Shown piece by piece: positions 42,500-58,200 of a stretch of 64,000 nucleotides of DNA. The notes beneath the pieces were generated by a model. It was not told where the DNA came from. It ran no database searches and saw only the letters and a program-made list of their open reading frames with translations. The DNA lies in contig OZ231126.1 of assembly GCA_965153355.1 (NCBI GenBank), forward strand, positions 13,764,001 to 13,828,000. The letters run 5' to 3'. Both the position numbers and the translations under genes were made by a program. How positions within the stretch are numbered: the first letter of the stretch is position 1; each line of letters begins with the position of its first letter. This DNA is from Flaccisagitta enflata (Eukaryota).

Positions 42500-42981
42500 G
42501 CCAGACAGAGAGACAGACAGCCGGACAGACAGATAGACAATATGGTTCCGGTTGGGCCGGAAATCATGCGGTTTGACGTGTAGACATTGATACAGTGCAG
42601 GTACATCCCCAAAAAATAACGCATGGAATGACTTAAAGCTTATCCGCATTCTTTAATCTGGATAACTTTGAGAATGACGTCATTTATTTTTGCCCGATTG
42701 ACCGGCAAAAATAAGCAGCAGCAGCAGCAACAGCAGTACAATTGACCAGCACAGCAAAACCTTATCACAAATGCCTTCCAGTATTCCTTCAAACTAACGC
42801 CACGGGCGCTTAAGAAAATTGAAATGAATCGTTGCCATATTTGCCCTGTAATTAATGCCCCCTAAACGTGATATTTTCATCCAATTTTTTTTCATATTAA
42901 TGGCTTTGGAAGCGAAAAAACACGTTTAGATTCATCCCCCTAAAAGTTTTGAGCGAATTGACAGTGCCTGTGTGAGTTCTT

Positions 42982-43028
<47 letters not shown>

Positions 43029-43176
43029 CGTCAAAAACTGGGTGATGACGTCATTGGCTTTTTTTTTATTTTTGGCTTGGGAAATAAACTCAAGATTCGT
43101 GAACGAATGTTACATCAACCGTTTCTACAGGTTCTGACTCTTGAGTTAGCCAGTCTGTCATCCTTTTCTTCTTCTT

Positions 43177-43207
<31 letters not shown>

Positions 43208-43949
43208 TTCTTCTTCTTCTTCTTCTTCTTCTTCTTCTTCTTCTTCTTCTTCTTCATCTTTTTCCTCTTGTTACTTAAAGGCTGAATATAAAATAAAATA
43301 ATGTAATAGAATAAAGTCATTGTGGCAGCAGTGCGAAGTTGCGGGAACTACTGGCGTCGCTAAATTGCTTAAGCCAGGGTGACGGAAACAGACTAATGCA
43401 ACAGAACCAGCAGCAGGTTTTATGATTTAAAGCTGCAGCTGCAGCAGACTCAAACTTTGATTTTTTTCCCTGGATCATCTTTTTCCTTGGCCTGGTCGTG
43501 AAAAATTTGCTCTTATCGTTCATTTTCTTTTTCTCTTCTTCTTCCTATTTTTAGTCGCGTGCACGCGACTCTACACCTTGCCATGTCGGTCGGTAGGTCC
43601 GTCGGTCCGTCGTTCGGTCTGTCACATTTTTAAAACTATGACTTTTTATGGTTTTTTTAACATTATTAAACATTTTTTAACATTTTTTAACATTTTTTGA
43701 CATTTTTTGACATTTTATAACATCTTTTAGCATTTTTTAACATTTAACCTTTTTAATATTTTTTAACATTTTTTAACATTCTTTAACATTCTTTAACATT
43801 TTATAACATTTTTTAACATTTTTCAATATTTTCTAACATTTTTTTAACATTTTTCAACATTTTTCAACATTTTTAACATTTTGACATGTCTTTGCTCTTT
43901 TGTTTGTCATTTCCAGACGCACGCGACTGTTGCCCTCTTGGGCTTGTTT

Positions 43950-44644
43950 TCCTCTTCTTCTTCTTCTTCTTCTTCTTCTTCTTCTTCTTCTTCTTCTTCT
44001 TCTTCTTCTTCTTCTTCTTCTTCTTCTTCTTCTTTTTCTTCTTTTTCTTCTTCTTCTTCTTCTTCTTCTTCTTCTTCTTCTTCTTCTTCTTTTTCTTCTT
44101 TTTCTTCTTCTCCATTTTCTTCTTCTTCTTTTCCTTCTTCTTCTTTTTCTCTTTATTCTACCTCTCCTACTTCTTCTTTTTCTTCTTCCTCTTCTTCTCC
44201 GTCTTCTTCTTCTCCTTCTTCTTCTTCTTCTTCTTCTTCTTCTTCTTCTTCTTCTTCTTCTTCTTCTTCTCCTTCTTTTCTTATTTTTTCTTTTTTTTTC
44301 TTTCTTTTTTTATTTTTCTTTTTTCTTCTTTTCTTTTTTCTTCTTTCTTTCTTCTTCTTCTTTCCTCTTTCTTCTTCTTCTTCTTCTTCTTCTTCTTTCT
44401 TCTTCTTCTTCTTATCTTCTTCAATTTCTTTTCTTTTCTTTTCTTTCTTCCTCTTCTTCTTCTTTTTCTTCTTCTTTCTCTTCTTCCTTCTTCTTCTTCT
44501 TCATCTTTGTTTTCTTTTCTTCTCCTTCTTCTTCTTCTTCTTCCTCATCTTCTTTCTCTTCTGTTTTTACCCTTTTCTTCTTCTTCTTCTTCTTCTTATT
44601 CTTCTCTTCTTCTTCTTTTTCTTTTATGTTTCTTTTCTTTCTTT

Positions 44645-44707
<63 letters not shown>

Positions 44708-44945
44708 TTCTTCTTCTTCTTTATCTTCTTCATCTTCTTTTTCTTCTATTTCTTTTTCTTCTTCCTCTTCTTCTTTTTCTTCTTCTTCTTCTTCTCCTTC
44801 TTCTTCTTCTTCATCTTCTTTTTCTTTTTCTTCTTCTCCTTCTTCTTCTTCTTCTTCTTCCTCATCTTCTTTTTCTTTTTCTTCTTCTTCTTCTTCTTCT
44901 TCTTCTTCTTCTTCTTCTTCTTCTTCTTCTTCTTCTTCTTCTTCA
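43950..44945. repeat. ~1 kb (TTC)n-derived polypyrimidine tract
   Basis: Direct reading of the sequence. Confidence 0.95.
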
Positions 44946-45551
44946 CAAATTCCCCTCTTCTCAGTTCTCCCCCATCTCCTCTTCTCCATTTCTCAGCTGA
45001 ATCTCGTCAGCTTCAAGGCTAAGACTTTTTTGAGCCTGACTTCACAAGTTTCGACTCTTGTTTTTTAACCCTCGCTTTTTCCCTCGGCTTTATTTTTTGC
45101 TCTAGAATAGTATGAACGGGTTATAGTATGAACGGGTTATTACTTTAGTATAAATCATGTGACTGCATCAATTTCAGTCCAATCTAAACCAATCTTATGC
45201 AATCTAATCATATCTAATATAATTTAATCTAATCTAATCCAATCCAATCGAATACGCCGTTCTTCTTGCGCCAAATTTCTTTTTCTTGCGATTGTTTTGA
45301 TAATGGAGTTGCTTTTTCATGTTGTTCGCGATAAATGGGATCGACAGGAATCACTTCATCAATAATAATCATTCATTCAATTAATAATAAAAACTTAGAG
45401 TGAGATATCAATCAGATTCAATCAAGCACGCATTTCTCAACCGTTTCTGTGGCCACAAGAAGTTTTTGAATTTTTAATCTTTTTTTTCTTCCAATTTAAT
45501 TACACATCTCGACAGGTTCCTCAAGAATTAGCTACTTGAAGAAACTTTGAA

Positions 45552-45614
<63 letters not shown>

Positions 45615-46379
45615 CGTTTTTTTTTTCTCTCTCCTCTTCTTTGGGACGCATATCAAACAAGATTTAAAAAGGTTGCTTACCTCAACTTGTATGGAGCTTC
45701 TCCTCATTCAAACAGCTCCTTACAACTGGGGCTTGAAGGCCCAAAAACTTTGCAGTAACCTATAATTATTGTTTGAGCACGCGTTGACATCTCAGCGCGC
45801 GCACGTATCCTTCTTATGACCTCCTTGCTATCTAATTCTTTTTAGTCGCGTGCTACGCGACTCTACACCCCGCTTTGTCGGTCCGTCCGTCGGTCCATCG
45901 GTCCGTCCGTCCGTCGGTCTGTCCGTTGGTCCGTCCGTCACACTTTACTTTTTTGGCTTTTTGCGGTTTTTGGCCTCACTGGTCCTGCTAAAGTGATCAA
46001 GTGACCTCAAATATGGCACGCGACTGGGGTAGCCGTGTATCCGGCCTTGTTTAAAGTCCTATGTATCTCTGGATCCGTCCATCCATCAATTACTTGCTTG
46101 GTCAGTCCGTCTGTCCAAAACACTTCGTTTTTGTTGTTTTATGGACGGATTTTGCAGTACCTCCTCTATCCAACTTTACTTCATTAGGCAATTTAATGAC
46201 TGCCCCTGCCTTCCCGCTCTCGAATCTGGTTCTGTAACCCGCATGCTAACAAAATGATGAACTTGTCGTTTCACTTACTGTCACTGATTCTAGTATCATC
46301 TATTCTGTTCGAGTAAATATCATGCTCTTCAACTTCAAGCTTTGCATATTCTGAATGTGTTTAACGGAATCATGAACAG

Positions 46380-46686
46380 TAGGGTGGTCACGAAATAGGG
46401 TCAAATTTTAGAAAATGATATACTCTAGTTTTTTGCCTAAATGTACCAAAAAAGTAGGTTTTCCCACAAGTAGAGGTCCGAATTTGAAGATTAAACCATG
46501 GCGGCAAAACTATAGGCTTCCTATGGCAATAAAAAAATCCCCATAGCAACTCTATAGTTTTGCCGACAAGGTTTCTTGTTTGATTTCACACCCCAGCTTG
46601 TGAGAAATCCTTCTTTTATTGGATATTTGTGCAAAGGGCTCAAGTATATCAATATATGAAATGTGACCCAATTCTGGACCACCCTA
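46380..46686. mobile_element. hAT-type MITE
   Basis: TAGGGTGGTC ... GACCACCCTA with a perfect 8 bp TSD ATGAACAG. Confidence 0.85.
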
Positions 46687-46908
46687 ATGAACAGTCATCA
46701 CTTTTGTAGTTTGGTCCAAAATGAATAGTTTTGCAAGCTATATTGCAGATTATTTTTGTTAAAAAATGGATACTCAAATATGAATGTGACATGTCCATGA
46801 ATTCACCTCTGTGCTTTGTCACTCAATTTTCCAAATCAAGATAACTATTTTTCATTCTTCACTTAAAATTTTTTTTCATTCTTCACTAAAAAAGACAAAT
46901 ATTATTCC

Positions 46909-46999
<91 letters not shown>

Positions 47000-48654
47000 A
47001 GAGCTTTGAGAGCTCAATAGAAGGCGAATGATATAAAATGACTAAATGTTTATATAGTTTAGTTATAAAATGCTTCTCTTCTCGTTGGTTTAGGAATCGA
47101 GGCAAAAGCCAACAGGTTCCTTTAAAAAAAACAAAAAACAAAAAGAAACAAGTGACGCGGGGTCACAATATCGTTGCGGACGGGTGGGCAGGGGCATTCA
47201 ACCCCCAGCCTATTTCCAACCACACCCCCAACCCCCCTCCGACACACTCACACACAAGCAGTTCTAACTGCAGCATCATAAATAAGCGTTTTTCGCCTTT
47301 TCCACTCGAGCGTGACGGACGGACCAACGGACCATATGACTTGTACAACATTACATTGCAACCCCCCAAAAAAAATTAAAAAAAAAAACAAGGACAAGAG
47401 CCTTTGGAGCTCTAACTATAGTGCAGGCCAGTATATAATTGAGTTCCCCCCCCCGGCAGGGGGGGGGGAATCAAAGGGTTTGGAGATGGGGAGGGGAAAG
47501 GAAGGGGGAAAAAAAAGAAAAAAAGAAAATTTGAGGAAAATATAACTTTTGGCAGTACTAAATCATAAAACTTGATCAGTAAGACACAATTTTACACTAT
47601 TTAAACTTTAAATACACTGTTTTATTACTTTATTGGGAAGAAAATCATAGATTTTGTAACGCGACGCCATGCATCGCGGGGAAGAAAATCAAAGGCAGGG
47701 GGGGGGGGGAAAATCAAAAGCCACTCAATTATATACACCCCTGATTTGCACTTTTATTCTCCAGACTTTGACAGCGTGAAACCGATATCATCTTCACTCT
47801 TTTTCTCCAACCAATGACATTATGACACCGCCTCCTACAAACAAAATCCAAGAGATATCGCTCTCGAATGTTTACTGGGGCTTTCTTCGGGAATTTTGGA
47901 GGGGGAACTTTTTGGTAAATATTTGTTTGCCAACTGATAACTCGAGTCAATCCTCACTCTCAGTCTCTTCACCAGAAAGATTCATTAAATATTTACATCG
48001 ATGATAACTTCATAACCAAAAAATGCCACGCATTTGAAAGAAACGGACGAAAAGTGTGGATATTACTCCACGCCGGCAAAGTTTATGACGGTTTCATTTT
48101 CATACAGTGCTGTATTCAATGCTATTTATTTGTCTTTCTATCCAGTATCCAATTGTTCCTCCGTCTGCCCCTTCGTGAGTCCGTCCGCCTGTCCCTCCGT
48201 CATTCCATCATTTCGTCCGTTCCGTTTGTCCACCCCCGACTAGTAATGATGAGGACGCTATGACAAAGGCCACCAAGATGGAGCGGAGACGGTGAAGGTG
48301 ATTGATTGATGGTGGCGGTGGTGGTAGTGAAAGTGGTGGTGATGAAAGTGGTGGTGGTGGCGATATTGTTGGTGGTTAGGGCGCGTTAACGGCAGCGAGG
48401 GTGGCGTCGGGCGTTGTTTTTAAACCATAAAAAAGTAGGTCTCAATGTCTAGCCCGTTTATGATAAAACTCACTCTTTGACAGCTAATCTGTCAATCTAT
48501 GTATTGGCCTGTATCACCGCCTATCTACCCATTAATCTATATATTCAATATGTTCATTTCCCCATTGTTTTCATCCATCATTTTATCTGTCTATCAGTAT
48601 CTCTGTTCATCATTCCATCTATTCATTGCTTTAAGCTTGTTTGACTCGTTTCAG

Positions 48655-49172
<518 letters not shown>

Positions 49173-50141
49173 CAAACCCCTAAAAAAGCTTTTCGTTGTC
49201 GGCCCTTTTTTTCTGGTGTCGTGACTGGGTAAAAAGGCCTTCCATTTTAGACTCTAATTCGTATGACCAGGATTCTACTCAGCTCAGCTCAGCTGCACCT
49301 TTTCACACAAACCTTGATTTAACTTTGATAAGTTTGTCGTAACAAGAACGGGTAAATGGGGAAACGAGTCGCGGGCGGGTGGGCAGTGCCAGTGGCAATG
49401 ATGAACTATGCAAATACAACTTAGAATGTAGATAGAGATGAGAGTGACGCGGCTTTTCAATCACCACCAATTTTTAGCGATTTTCCATTATCACCACGGT
49501 TTTTTCCGTTTTTTTTCAGTGATTTCTTGACTGCAGCTATCCCCTATTATTAAGTAATGAAAATATATGATGCATAATAAAAAAGAAATATGATGGTTTT
49601 AAGTAAGTACTAATGCATGGAAATTTGTGTGCCAAAAAAATTCTTATTTAATCCGTTTTATTTTAAGCTCCAGGTAAGATGAAAAAAACATTCTAACATT
49701 GGCATGACACAAAAAAATGATGGGTTCCTATTTAGGTCACCATTCTTGGACAGCACATTTTTTTCCTCAACTACGATGTTGTGATGAATTGGCAGATGAT
49801 TACAAATTGAAAGAGTGGATAGCTTTTTTTCCATTTTATCTTGTACTTTAACAACCTGTATATGCCATCTGAATTTTGTTTACAATGCTCCTAAACAGAC
49901 AAAAATCAAAAGGCTTTACCCACACAGACTGACTTGGAAATGGCATCATGGACAGTTTGAAACCATCAGTGACTTATGCCTTTAAATAAAAAAAAAAGGC
50001 TCTTTCATTATTTTTCCACTAAGAGTATCGTTTCTGATCTGTTTGACTATCTCTGTTCTTGATAGGTTTGTTAGTCTGCTAGTTTTACTTCAGTCTCTCT
50101 CACTCTCTCTCTTTCTCTTTCCCTCTCTCTCTTTCTCTTTT

Positions 50142-50238
<97 letters not shown>

Positions 50239-51246
50239 CTGTCTGTCTGTCTGCCATCATCCTATTCTTCTAATTCCTCATTATTTTTCTGCTTTTCATT
50301 CTTGTTTATGTAAATGGAATTGATGCGCACAATGAATATAAACAATATGATGGTACAACAAATTAAAGATGTTGTTGGCATATCTCATGTTGGGTAAAAG
50401 TAAAACTGGTAACAGCAACCTCAGAATTGTGGATTTTTTTCCCCTTGAAATTTGATTATGGGCAAAACTGTCCCAATGCGTATATTCATCAGCATCACAG
50501 CAAGTAATGCAAAGAAAAAAATCAGCTTATGGAGAGAAAAACAAGGCCGGATACACGGCTACCAAAGTCGTGTGCGGGTGGGCAGGGGCCATATTTGAGG
50601 TCACAAGACCATTTGGGCAGGAGCAGTGAGGTCAACGAAATAAAATCATAAAAAAAAGTAAAGTGTGACCGACCGACCGACCAACGGACAAAGCGGATTG
50701 TAGAGTCGCGTGCAAGCAACTGAAAAACGGTGAAAAACCGAAAATCCTGATCACTGATTCAGTGAATATTGGCAATCACTCCACCGTTTTTTCGGTTGGT
50801 GAATCACCGAATCTCAAGCCTAAATGTAGAATCTCACCGTGGCCAAAAACAGCCGAAAATCGCGGTTTTTGCACAGGCGTAACGGACGGATGGACCGACC
50901 GAGGGACCGATGGACGGACGGACCTACCCTCTTACAAAGATGTGTTACTAACGGACACATCTAAAAAGGAAAGCGCTTTGGGTAAATGGACCAGTCGACC
51001 GACGGACTAACCGACAGACAAACCATGTTTCAAGAGTGGTCTCACATACTGATATCCACCAGATATGAGAACTATGTTTTCTGAGCATGTTGTTGAGCAT
51101 TTTAAAAAAACACTTCACTTTTCCGTGGACAAAATGAAAATGAATAAAGAAAGAAAGTAAGAAACAAGCAAACAAAACAAAAACAAAAAAGCAGCAACAT
51201 TGAAAGAAGGAGAGAAAAAAACTGAAAGGGGAAAAAAAGAGAGAAA

Positions 51247-52545
51247 AACAAGGCCAACACTTATAAGTCGCGTGCAGGACAAAAATAACTGAACTGACCT
51301 GACTCCTTATTCTATCTTTTTATCGAAAATCAGACTTAAACCAGACCCAAACCAGACTAAAACCAGACTCAAACCAGACTCAAACCAGAATCAAACCAGA
51401 CCTAAACCAGACCAAAACCAGATGTAAACCAGACCAAAACCAGACATAAACCAGACATAAACCAGACATAAACCAGACATAAACCAGACATGAACCAGAC
51501 ATAAACCAGACTTAAACCAGCCTTAAACCAGACATGAACCAGACTCAAGCCAGGCTGCCAGACTCAAACAGACCAAACCAGCAGACTTAAACCAGCATAC
51601 CAGCCATACTTAAACCGCGCGCTACCAGCGACTCAAACCAGCAGACTCAAACCAGCAGACTCAAACCAGCAGACTCAAACAGCAGACTCAAACCAGACTC
51701 AAACCAAAGACTTAAACCAGCAGACCTAAACCAGCAGACTTAAAAGCAGACTTAACAGCAGACTTAAAAGCCAACTAATAACCCAGCAAACCAACCAACC
51801 ATTAGAAGAGCTTAAACCAGCAGACTTGATAACGGACTCAGAGGAGTAATCAATCAAACAACAGACTTGACATGACATATAACAAAAACATACCAAAAAC
51901 ATGACCATAACATACCAAAAACAAAAATATTAAAAATAAAAAAAAAAATTTTAAAAAAAATATAAAAAAAAAAACCAACAAAATAACAAAAAAAAAAACA
52001 AAGACAAAACCCCAAAACCAAAAAATATGTTAAATGACCAAAATGACCTGAAATGTTCAAAATGACTTAAAATGACTTAAACTATTTTAATGCCCAAAAA
52101 TGATACAAATGGTTCCCAAATGTACAAAGTGACATGAATGATCAAAAATGAAAAATATTAAAAGCAACCAAAATAACTAAACAACCAAAAATGACCAAAA
52201 ACAACAAAATGACTCAAAATGACTCAGACGACCAAATTGACCAAAAACGACGCAAAAAAAGTGTTCTAAAAACTACAAAAATAAAAATAACCAGAATGAC
52301 TTAGAATGACTTGAATGACAGAATGACTTGGCAATAAGAAACAGAATAACAGAATGACTAAGAATGACTTAAAATGACTTATAATAATATAAAATGACAA
52401 AAATGACAAAAAATGACAAAATGACTTAAGTGACTAAAATTAACTGAAAATGACTGGAAATGACTTAGAATGACTTAAAATGACTTAAAATGATGTAAAA
52501 TACCCTAAAATGACGTAAAACGACAAAAAAAAGCAAAGTGTTACG
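51247..52545 (-). repeat. Family A-type element expanded by (AAACCAGACT)n and (AAAATGACT)n arrays
   Basis: Family A 3' end in reverse at 51247-51278, followed by degenerate 10/13 bp and 9-10 bp tandem arrays. Confidence 0.6.
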
Positions 52546-52621
<76 letters not shown>

Positions 52622-54706
52622 AAAGGAATGAATAAAAAAGAAAGGCAAAGTTTTGGCGTAAAGTAATCTTAGTGGGGCGCGGATTTTTGGTCCTCTTTCA
52701 AAATCCCCGGGATCATGTTTCCGAGCAACATCACATTTCTTTCTCCTTCTTTTTTGTCTCCTAACTGAAGCCTGTGTGTGTCTGTTTGTTCGTCCATGCA
52801 TTTGTCTGTCAATTATCCTCTTGGATCTTACTTTAAAGTAATATCACATTTCTTGCAGCTGTTTTGTCTTTTACCCCTTGTCTGTGTTTGTCTATGCATA
52901 CACCCATCATGGGTGACCCATGTATCTGTCTCTTGTTCCCAGGATCATGTTTTAAAGCAACATCATATTTCTTTTCCTGTATTCTGTCTCTAAAATCTTG
53001 TCTTTGTTTGTCCCTTTGTTTGTCTATATATTAGTCTGTCTATTTGTCACCGGAATCATGATATTAAGCAAGATCACACGTTTCTAATTCAATAGTTTCA
53101 GAGCAATATTTAAGTGTCTCTTAACCCCATGATTAGTTCTGGTTTGTCCATCAAAATGTTCAACCGTTTGCCTTTAGGCTTGTGTTCATACTTTCCACTC
53201 GTCCATTCGTTTATCCGTATTCACCTACTCCTGTTCCAATTCCCTATCATTTTTTTCCTGTATATTTCAAAGCCATGGTCGTCTACTACTGAACTACAAC
53301 TCTGGAATCGCCAACGCACCTCTAAAACCAGTCGTGTCCGTCGGTCGGTCGGTTGGTTGGTCTGTTCAGGCGTTCATATTTTGGAGGCGCGGGGCGCGCC
53401 GCGCCTCGGAACATGAGGAAGCTTGTCGGAAGGAAAGGAAGGAGAAGGGAAAGGGGAAAAAGAAAAGGAAGGAAAGGAAACAGAGAGAGAGAGACAGAGA
53501 GAGACAGAGAGAGAGACAGAGACAGAGATATCAAATCGTCAGGTAGGGGATTTTGTGACTGTCATCAAAGCAGCATGAGTCTGTTTTATCTATCTTGGTG
53601 CCTGTAAAGCAAAAAAGTTTTTCTTCTCATTTTCTGTGTCATTTTTTTCTCGTTTTGATTGTTAGTAAACACACTCATAAAAGCAACATCGCATGTGTTG
53701 GCACTTTCAGTCAAAAGTTAGGTAGACAGATAGACAAACAGACTAATTTTTTTGAAAGGACCCTTGAACTAGCTGTTAGCCTGCTTACTTCAAGTTTCTT
53801 CCGAAATGTAATAAACGCTAAATAATCCTATGAAACAACTTTGAAACAGACAGACGAACCAACTGACTGACAGATTGGCTGACTGCCAGAACAATAGACT
53901 GACCTAGAAGTGCTTGTCGATGCCTTAAATCCGCTGGGAGGGGGGAACACAATTATATACAGGCCTGAGTTTTTTAAGTGTCTTTAAAACGTCAAAAATG
54001 CCTTTGAATTACTTTGCACTTGACTGATGGACAGATGGAATGACTGACTGGAAAGTTAATTCAAGAGTTGCATAGCACAGGACAAAAAATGGCATGTCGG
54101 AAACTTGGTCAGAGAAAATTGTGCGCCTCGGAAGACTTGCAAAATATGAACGCCTGGGTCTGTTACGCAAATCTTTGACAATTACCCCGGCGCACCTATC
54201 GGCCTACTATGTCTCATTTCTGTACTTATGTTTCCTTGTTCAGATTTTTTATGTTCTTGTTCTCCTATTTGTTCTGATTCTTGATATTCTCTGTAGTGGT
54301 TTTCTTTTGTTTTCGTTCTTCACTATCTTCTTTTTAGTCACGGACACACGACTCTAAAAGCCACTTTTCAGTCCGTTGGTCCGTCGGTCCGTCGAAAGTC
54401 CGTCACAAAACCAGTTTTCGAGGTTATCCGCTCCTGCCCACCCGTCGGCGACTAATGCTGCCGTGTATACGACCTTGTTCTTTCCTGGATTAATTCTTAA
54501 ATCATTTTTCTTCTTCTTCTGTATCTCCAAATTGTTTCTCTTTCTTCTTCATCTTTTTTCTTGTTCCTATACGTCTTCTTCTTTTTGCTTTTCTTTTTCT
54601 TTTTCTTTTTCTTTTTCTTTTTCTTTTTCTTTTTCTTTTTCTCCTCCCTTCAATCTCTCTCTTCTCTCTTTTCTCTCCTCTCTCCTTCCTTCTCTCTTCT
54701 CTCTTC

Positions 54707-54747
<41 letters not shown>

Positions 54748-55038
54748 TTCTTTCTTCTCTCTTCTCTCCTCTTCTCTCTTCTCATCTCCTCCCTCTTCTC
54801 TCTTCTCTCTTCTCTCTCCTCTCTTCTCTCTTCTCTCTTCTCTCTCCTCTCTTCTCTCTTCTCTCTTCTCTCTTCTTTTCCTTCTCCTTCTTCTCCTACT
54901 TCTCCTCCCCTTTAATTTCTTTATGCTCTTCTTCCTCTTCATGTAATTGCCTTATTTCTGGTTTTATCCTTTTTTTCTGACGTCACACTTTTTCGCAGCC
55001 AATTTGGTTAATTCTTTCTCTTTAACAAGTTCAAATAG

Positions 55039-55143
<105 letters not shown>

Positions 55144-55174
55144 AATGTTTTTCTTCCCTCCATTTCGGCATTCT

Positions 55175-55260
<86 letters not shown>

Positions 55261-58200
55261 TGACGTTTTAAAATTTTTTGATTCACTTGGTCTTTTGGCC
55301 TAGATAATTATAATATATTAACCTGGAATTTTTTCTCCTGCAAAAATATGATAATAGCAATATTTGACTTTATCGCTCGCAAAAACGTGAAAAACCTGCA
55401 AATGTCAACACAAAACTGATGTCATTTTAAGTCACGATACACGTGTCACACCGAATCGTTACGGTTGTCTGTTGAAAAGACCACTGCCCAGACATTTTGC
55501 ACGTAACTCATGTCATGCTCAACATGTCTCCTGTACCCAACTTATCTTTGAACAATATCATTGTGAGTAAGAAAATTATATTAAGTTCTAAGAGTCAGTC
55601 CGCAAAAGATAAGAAGGCCAAAAACTTTGCCTGCGCGTGGCATGGAGCAGTAAATAAGACTGACAAACCGACGGACCGACACGATCTAGTGAGTTAAGTA
55701 GCGTGCGAGAAACTGTATCTAGTGACACTTTCTGAGATAGTGAGAGGAAGGAAGAGACTGGTGCAGATAAGAAGTAAACCACACCCTCTCGTTATCTTGG
55801 CATAATTTAAGGAAGGTTAAAAAAGGGGAGAAAAGAAGAAGAAAAAACAAAAAAAGGAAATGACTTACATCGGGAAATTGATTATACTACGTCGCAATCA
55901 AAACTCGAAGTATTCAACACGACTCAACACAACACAACACAAAACTTTATCAACGAGAGAAACTATCATTTCTTTTCTTTTCCTTTACGTTTATTTCTTT
56001 TTGTTTACGAGCCCTTGAGGGCAAAACACAGAGTTTCTCGTGAAAAGGCACGATCATAGGCGACAAAAAAACAGCCCCCTCAACCATTTTTTCCCACCGT
56101 TTTCTCAAGTACTCCTTCAAACACAGCCAGGGATGTATGGGAGCTCCGGAATTCGTCAAGTCCACCTAGCATTACAAGATGGAGTAAAATTAAGACGAAT
56201 TTTCTACTTTTTGCATCATTGATGAGCAATGATCTTTTGTCCTAAGGCTTTTTAGTAGCGTGCTACGCAACTCTATAAGCCACTTTTTGGTCCGTTGGTC
56301 CGTCGGTTGGTCGGTCGGTCCGTAACAAAGTGTTTGATAAGGCGTTTTAAACATTTTTAAGACATTTTAAAGGTTTTAATGCATCAATAGGCACTTGTTG
56401 GCTGGTTGGTCAATCTGTCAGTCAGTCTGTCGGTCTGTCAGTCCATTGGTCAGTCTGTCCATCACAAAGTTATTTTAAAGGCTTTTTATGTCATTTTTTA
56501 TGTGTCTGAATAATGTAAAGAAACTTGGACGAGTGGACAGTCGTTTCTAAAGTGTTTTTGAAAAATACTGTTTGTCCATCTGTCTGCCTGGCATTTTTTA
56601 AAAGTGCTGACGCATGCGACTTAGGTCTAATGACCTTGTTTTTTGTCTTTTTTTAAACAATCAACAAATCTCTCACAATTCAAGACCGACTGCATTTCAA
56701 GACCAACTGCGTTTTAAGACCAACTTTTTCCACATCCAAGGACATTGTGTACGTTGTGTCCCATACATCCATGTCCAAACAGCTCTGCCCAGTAATACTC
56801 CCTCTAATACCAGGATTTTGTTTTCTTTTCAAATTAGATCAAGATAAGTTTTCGGTTGATTTCTCGAAATGATAGAGAAGACGCCCTCTCGGTATTTGTC
56901 AAAAAGTTTATTCTGAATTTCGTTGTTCATTTGATCTTGACGTTCGGTGGTTGGTTCTGTTGTAGATCATTTACTCCTCAAGACTTCGTCAGTGTGTCGT
57001 TTTGTAGCTCATTCTGAATTTTGTCGCTCATTTGACGTTCGGTTGTTCGTTTTGTTATAGATTAATCCCTTAGGTCTTCGTCAGTGTGTCGTTATGATGC
57101 TTACTAGGTGCGACAAAGCACCTCCATAACTGGCTGTGTCCGTCGGTTGGTTAGTTGGTTGGTTGGTCGGCCGGGTAACGCATTTGTTCTACGATCCACA
57201 CGTCGCACCTTATTGGCCTATTCGGCCTTGATCTTACTTTTGTCGTTCATATTGTCTTTTCATTCGGTTGATCAGCCTGCGCCTGATGGTTCATAATTTA
57301 TATGATGCCAAGATCTTGCAAGACACTTTTTGAACGTTTGTTCTTTATTGACTGATAGTATGAGCTAATCAGTAATGATTAAATCGTTCGGTTGTTCAGT
57401 CTTATTCATTCTGTCTTTCGGTCATTTTTCTGTTATAACACATGCGCCACATTTAGGCGGAAAATGTGGGAACATAGTTATCAAAGTAAATATTACTCCA
57501 GTGCCATGGAATTTGAACTGGAGGTTGCTTTTTAGTAGAATTTTCATTTAGTGTTACAATTCAATCATGATTCGATTCATAAATGGGGTATTTCAGCCAA
57601 CATGTTGAAATTTCAAAATCAAAATGTTGCAGATTTTTCCCGCTTTGAAATCAATCGAAATTGATCATCTTTAAAAAACTTTTATAGGACCCTGAGTAAC
57701 CAAAAAGTGACCAAAATTGACAGACGATCATGCACATGAATATTTCTTAGTAATTGGATTGAATAATGCACAGTTTTTGGCCCTTAAAAAGCGCAATACT
57801 GGATAGACAGACAAAGAATGAAAAAATGCAGAAATTCAGTTTTTAAAATGCAGCTTATGCGGGTGCAAATGCAAAACACTATTTCTTACATTCATAGGAC
57901 ATCTTTATGACATTGTTGAAGCCTTTTGTGGCCTAAATTTGGTAATGTACATTCTCCATTCAAATGTGGAGGTTTTTTTTGCTTTTGATGACAATAATTA
58001 GACTCAATCCTCACTTAGTAGATCATTTTCCGCCTAAATGTGGCACATGAGTTGTAAACCTTTATATGACTTTTTACTAAGCTCGGTCAGTCCGGCCCTT
58101 GTTCTGGGTTTTACCACTGAAGAAACACAAAAAAGCGAAAAAATCAAGCAACAAGCCGAGGCGGGAAACTCGATGCGTCATCTGCGTGATATCAGAAGAG

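Noticed and set aside
43881-45068. Long ORFs (366-395 aa) of poly-S/F/L
   Set aside because: Translations of the (TTC)n tract, open in several frames; not genes.
51330-51830. AAACCAGAC array as telomeric repeat
   Set aside because: Degenerate 10/13 bp units inside a HINE; not a telomere motif I recognise.
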